Below, piece after piece: positions 27,276-28,462 of a stretch of DNA of 28,462 nucleotides; the first letter of the stretch is position 1; every line of letters starts with the position of its first letter. The DNA is from Candidatus Firestoneibacteriota bacterium (GTDB lineage: Bacteria; Oederibacteriota; D2-FULL-39-29; JBBTED01). A model generated the notes under the pieces. The model saw nothing but the letters and a program-made list of their open reading frames with translations. It was not told the DNA's origin and made no database searches. A program made the translations under genes and the position numbers. The stretch covers positions 1-28,462 of the forward strand of contig JBBTED010000047.1 of the NCBI GenBank assembly GCA_038042445.1. The letters are read 5' to 3'.

Positions 27276-28462
27276 AAACTTACCTTTTAGGAATTGATGT
27301 AGGAACTACAAATTGGAAAGCAGGTCTTTTTGAACCAAACGGAAAAATTTATTCACTTGTTTCACATACTACGCTTACCCATTTTGATAAAAATGAAAAT
27401 GCGTATTACCTACCCCAAGAACTTTCAAAAACAATATTTAATCTAGTAAAACAATTAACTAAAAAAGTCAAAGACCCTAAATGTATAAGAGGAATTGCAA
27501 TTACTGGTATGGCAGAAGCAGGAGTCCCAATTAATAAAGAAGGCAACTGGCTTTATCCGGCAATTACATGGTTTGATAAAAGAACTCAACCGCAAATGAA
27601 TTGGTGGAAAAAAAATTGTAATCTAAATGAACTTTATAAAATAACAGGGTTAGATTTAAGTTATATTTATAGTATAAATAAAATAATGTGGCTTAAGGAA
27701 AATGAACCAGATATATTTAAAAAAATTTTTAAATGGCTATGTATTCCTGATTATATTGCTTTCAAACTTACAGGTGAAATGAAAATGGATTATTCCATTG
27801 CCTCAAGAACTATGGCTTTTGATATTTCCAAAAAAATGTGGTCAAGCAAACTTTGCAATAAAGCAGGCATTGATAGTAATATTTTCCCGGATACAGTACA
27901 AAGTGGCACACTAATCGGCAAAGTTACATCCTCTGTTTTTAAACAAACAGGCTTAGCTATAGGCACACCAGTTTGTGCAGGAGGACACGACCATGTATGT
28001 GGAGCTTATGCTGTTGGAGCAGTAAGCGAAGAAAAAATTTTAGATTCAATGGGAACTGCAGAAAGTATTTTTACTTCACTTAATAATTTATCTAACGCAA
28101 TTAAAGTTCATAATTTTGGATTTTCAACAGGTCGCCATGTATATCCAAATAAATTTTATGTAATGGGTGGAATATATTCATCTGGAGCTATAATTAACTG
28201 GATAAAAAAAGAGTTATTTAAAGATATAAATACCCACCAGAAATTAATAGATATAATGGAAAAAATGTATAAAGGACCTTCTGATATTTTTATGTTGCCA
28301 CATCTGCTTGGAAGCGGGCCGCCAAAACGTGATTCATTATCTCGTGCAGCATACATAGGGCTTACACCTAATGCAAAAAGAGAAGACTTATTAATTGCTT
28401 CAATAGAAGGAATATTTTATGAAGCAAAAACAACAATATCTGCAATAAAAGAATGCACTGGT
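27272..28462 (+). CDS. FGGY family carbohydrate kinase (xylulokinase-like), partial at the window edge
   Basis: Not in the ORF track; ATGA overlap with argF; manual translation gives MKTYLLGIDVGTT..., ITWFDKRT, DYSIASRT, GGHDH, SMGTAE. Confidence 0.9.
   Translation, partial: MKTYLLGIDVGTTNWKAGLFEPNGKIYSLVSHTTLTHFDKNENAYYLPQELSKTIFNLVKQLTKKVKDPKCIRGIAITGMAEAGVPINKEGNWLYPAITWFDKRTQPQMNWWKKNCNLNELYKITGLDLSYIYSINKIMWLKENEPDIFKKIFKWLCIPDYIAFKLTGEMKMDYSIASRTMAFDISKKMWSSKLCNKAGIDSNIFPDTVQSGTLIGKVTSSVFKQTGLAIGTPVCAGGHDHVCGAYAVGAVSEEKILDSMGTAESIFTSLNNLSNAIKVHNFGFSTGRHVYPNKFYVMGGIYSSGAIINWIKKELFKDINTHQKLIDIMEKMYKGPSDIFMLPHLLGSGPPKRDSLSRAAYIGLTPNAKREDLLIASIEGIFYEAKTTISAIKECTG

Noticed and set aside
28156..28356. 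66-aa minus-strand ORF
   Set aside because: Antisense to the FGGY kinase.

Overview
A low-GC bacterial chromosomal window in which housekeeping genes are interleaved with small accessory or defence inserts. Housekeeping content: the mreBCD-mrdA-rodA cell-shape operon, the TIGR03960/TIGR03936 radical SAM pair, rbsK, a CDF transporter, tRNA-Thr(TGT) and tRNA-Tyr(GTA), an inositol monophosphatase, a GT2 glycosyltransferase, argF, and an FGGY kinase cut by the window edge. Accessory content: a possible integron-like cassette at the left edge; three type II TA pairs (two RelE-type, one with an apparent nonsense mutation, plus VapBC); a broken kdp operon (no kdpA, 5'-truncated kdpB next to an IS-end-like remnant and a REP doublet, kdpD without its kinase domain); and two type II R-M systems (HpaI-like and Hpy188III-like by recalled similarity). 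The best candidate for an uncharacterised system is a DUF3800 gene preceded by a strong sigma70 promoter and a compact ~65-nt three-way-junction RNA that carries a duplicated U-U-mismatch helix motif and ends in a U-tract. Family assignments come from motif recognition only; no database searches were run.
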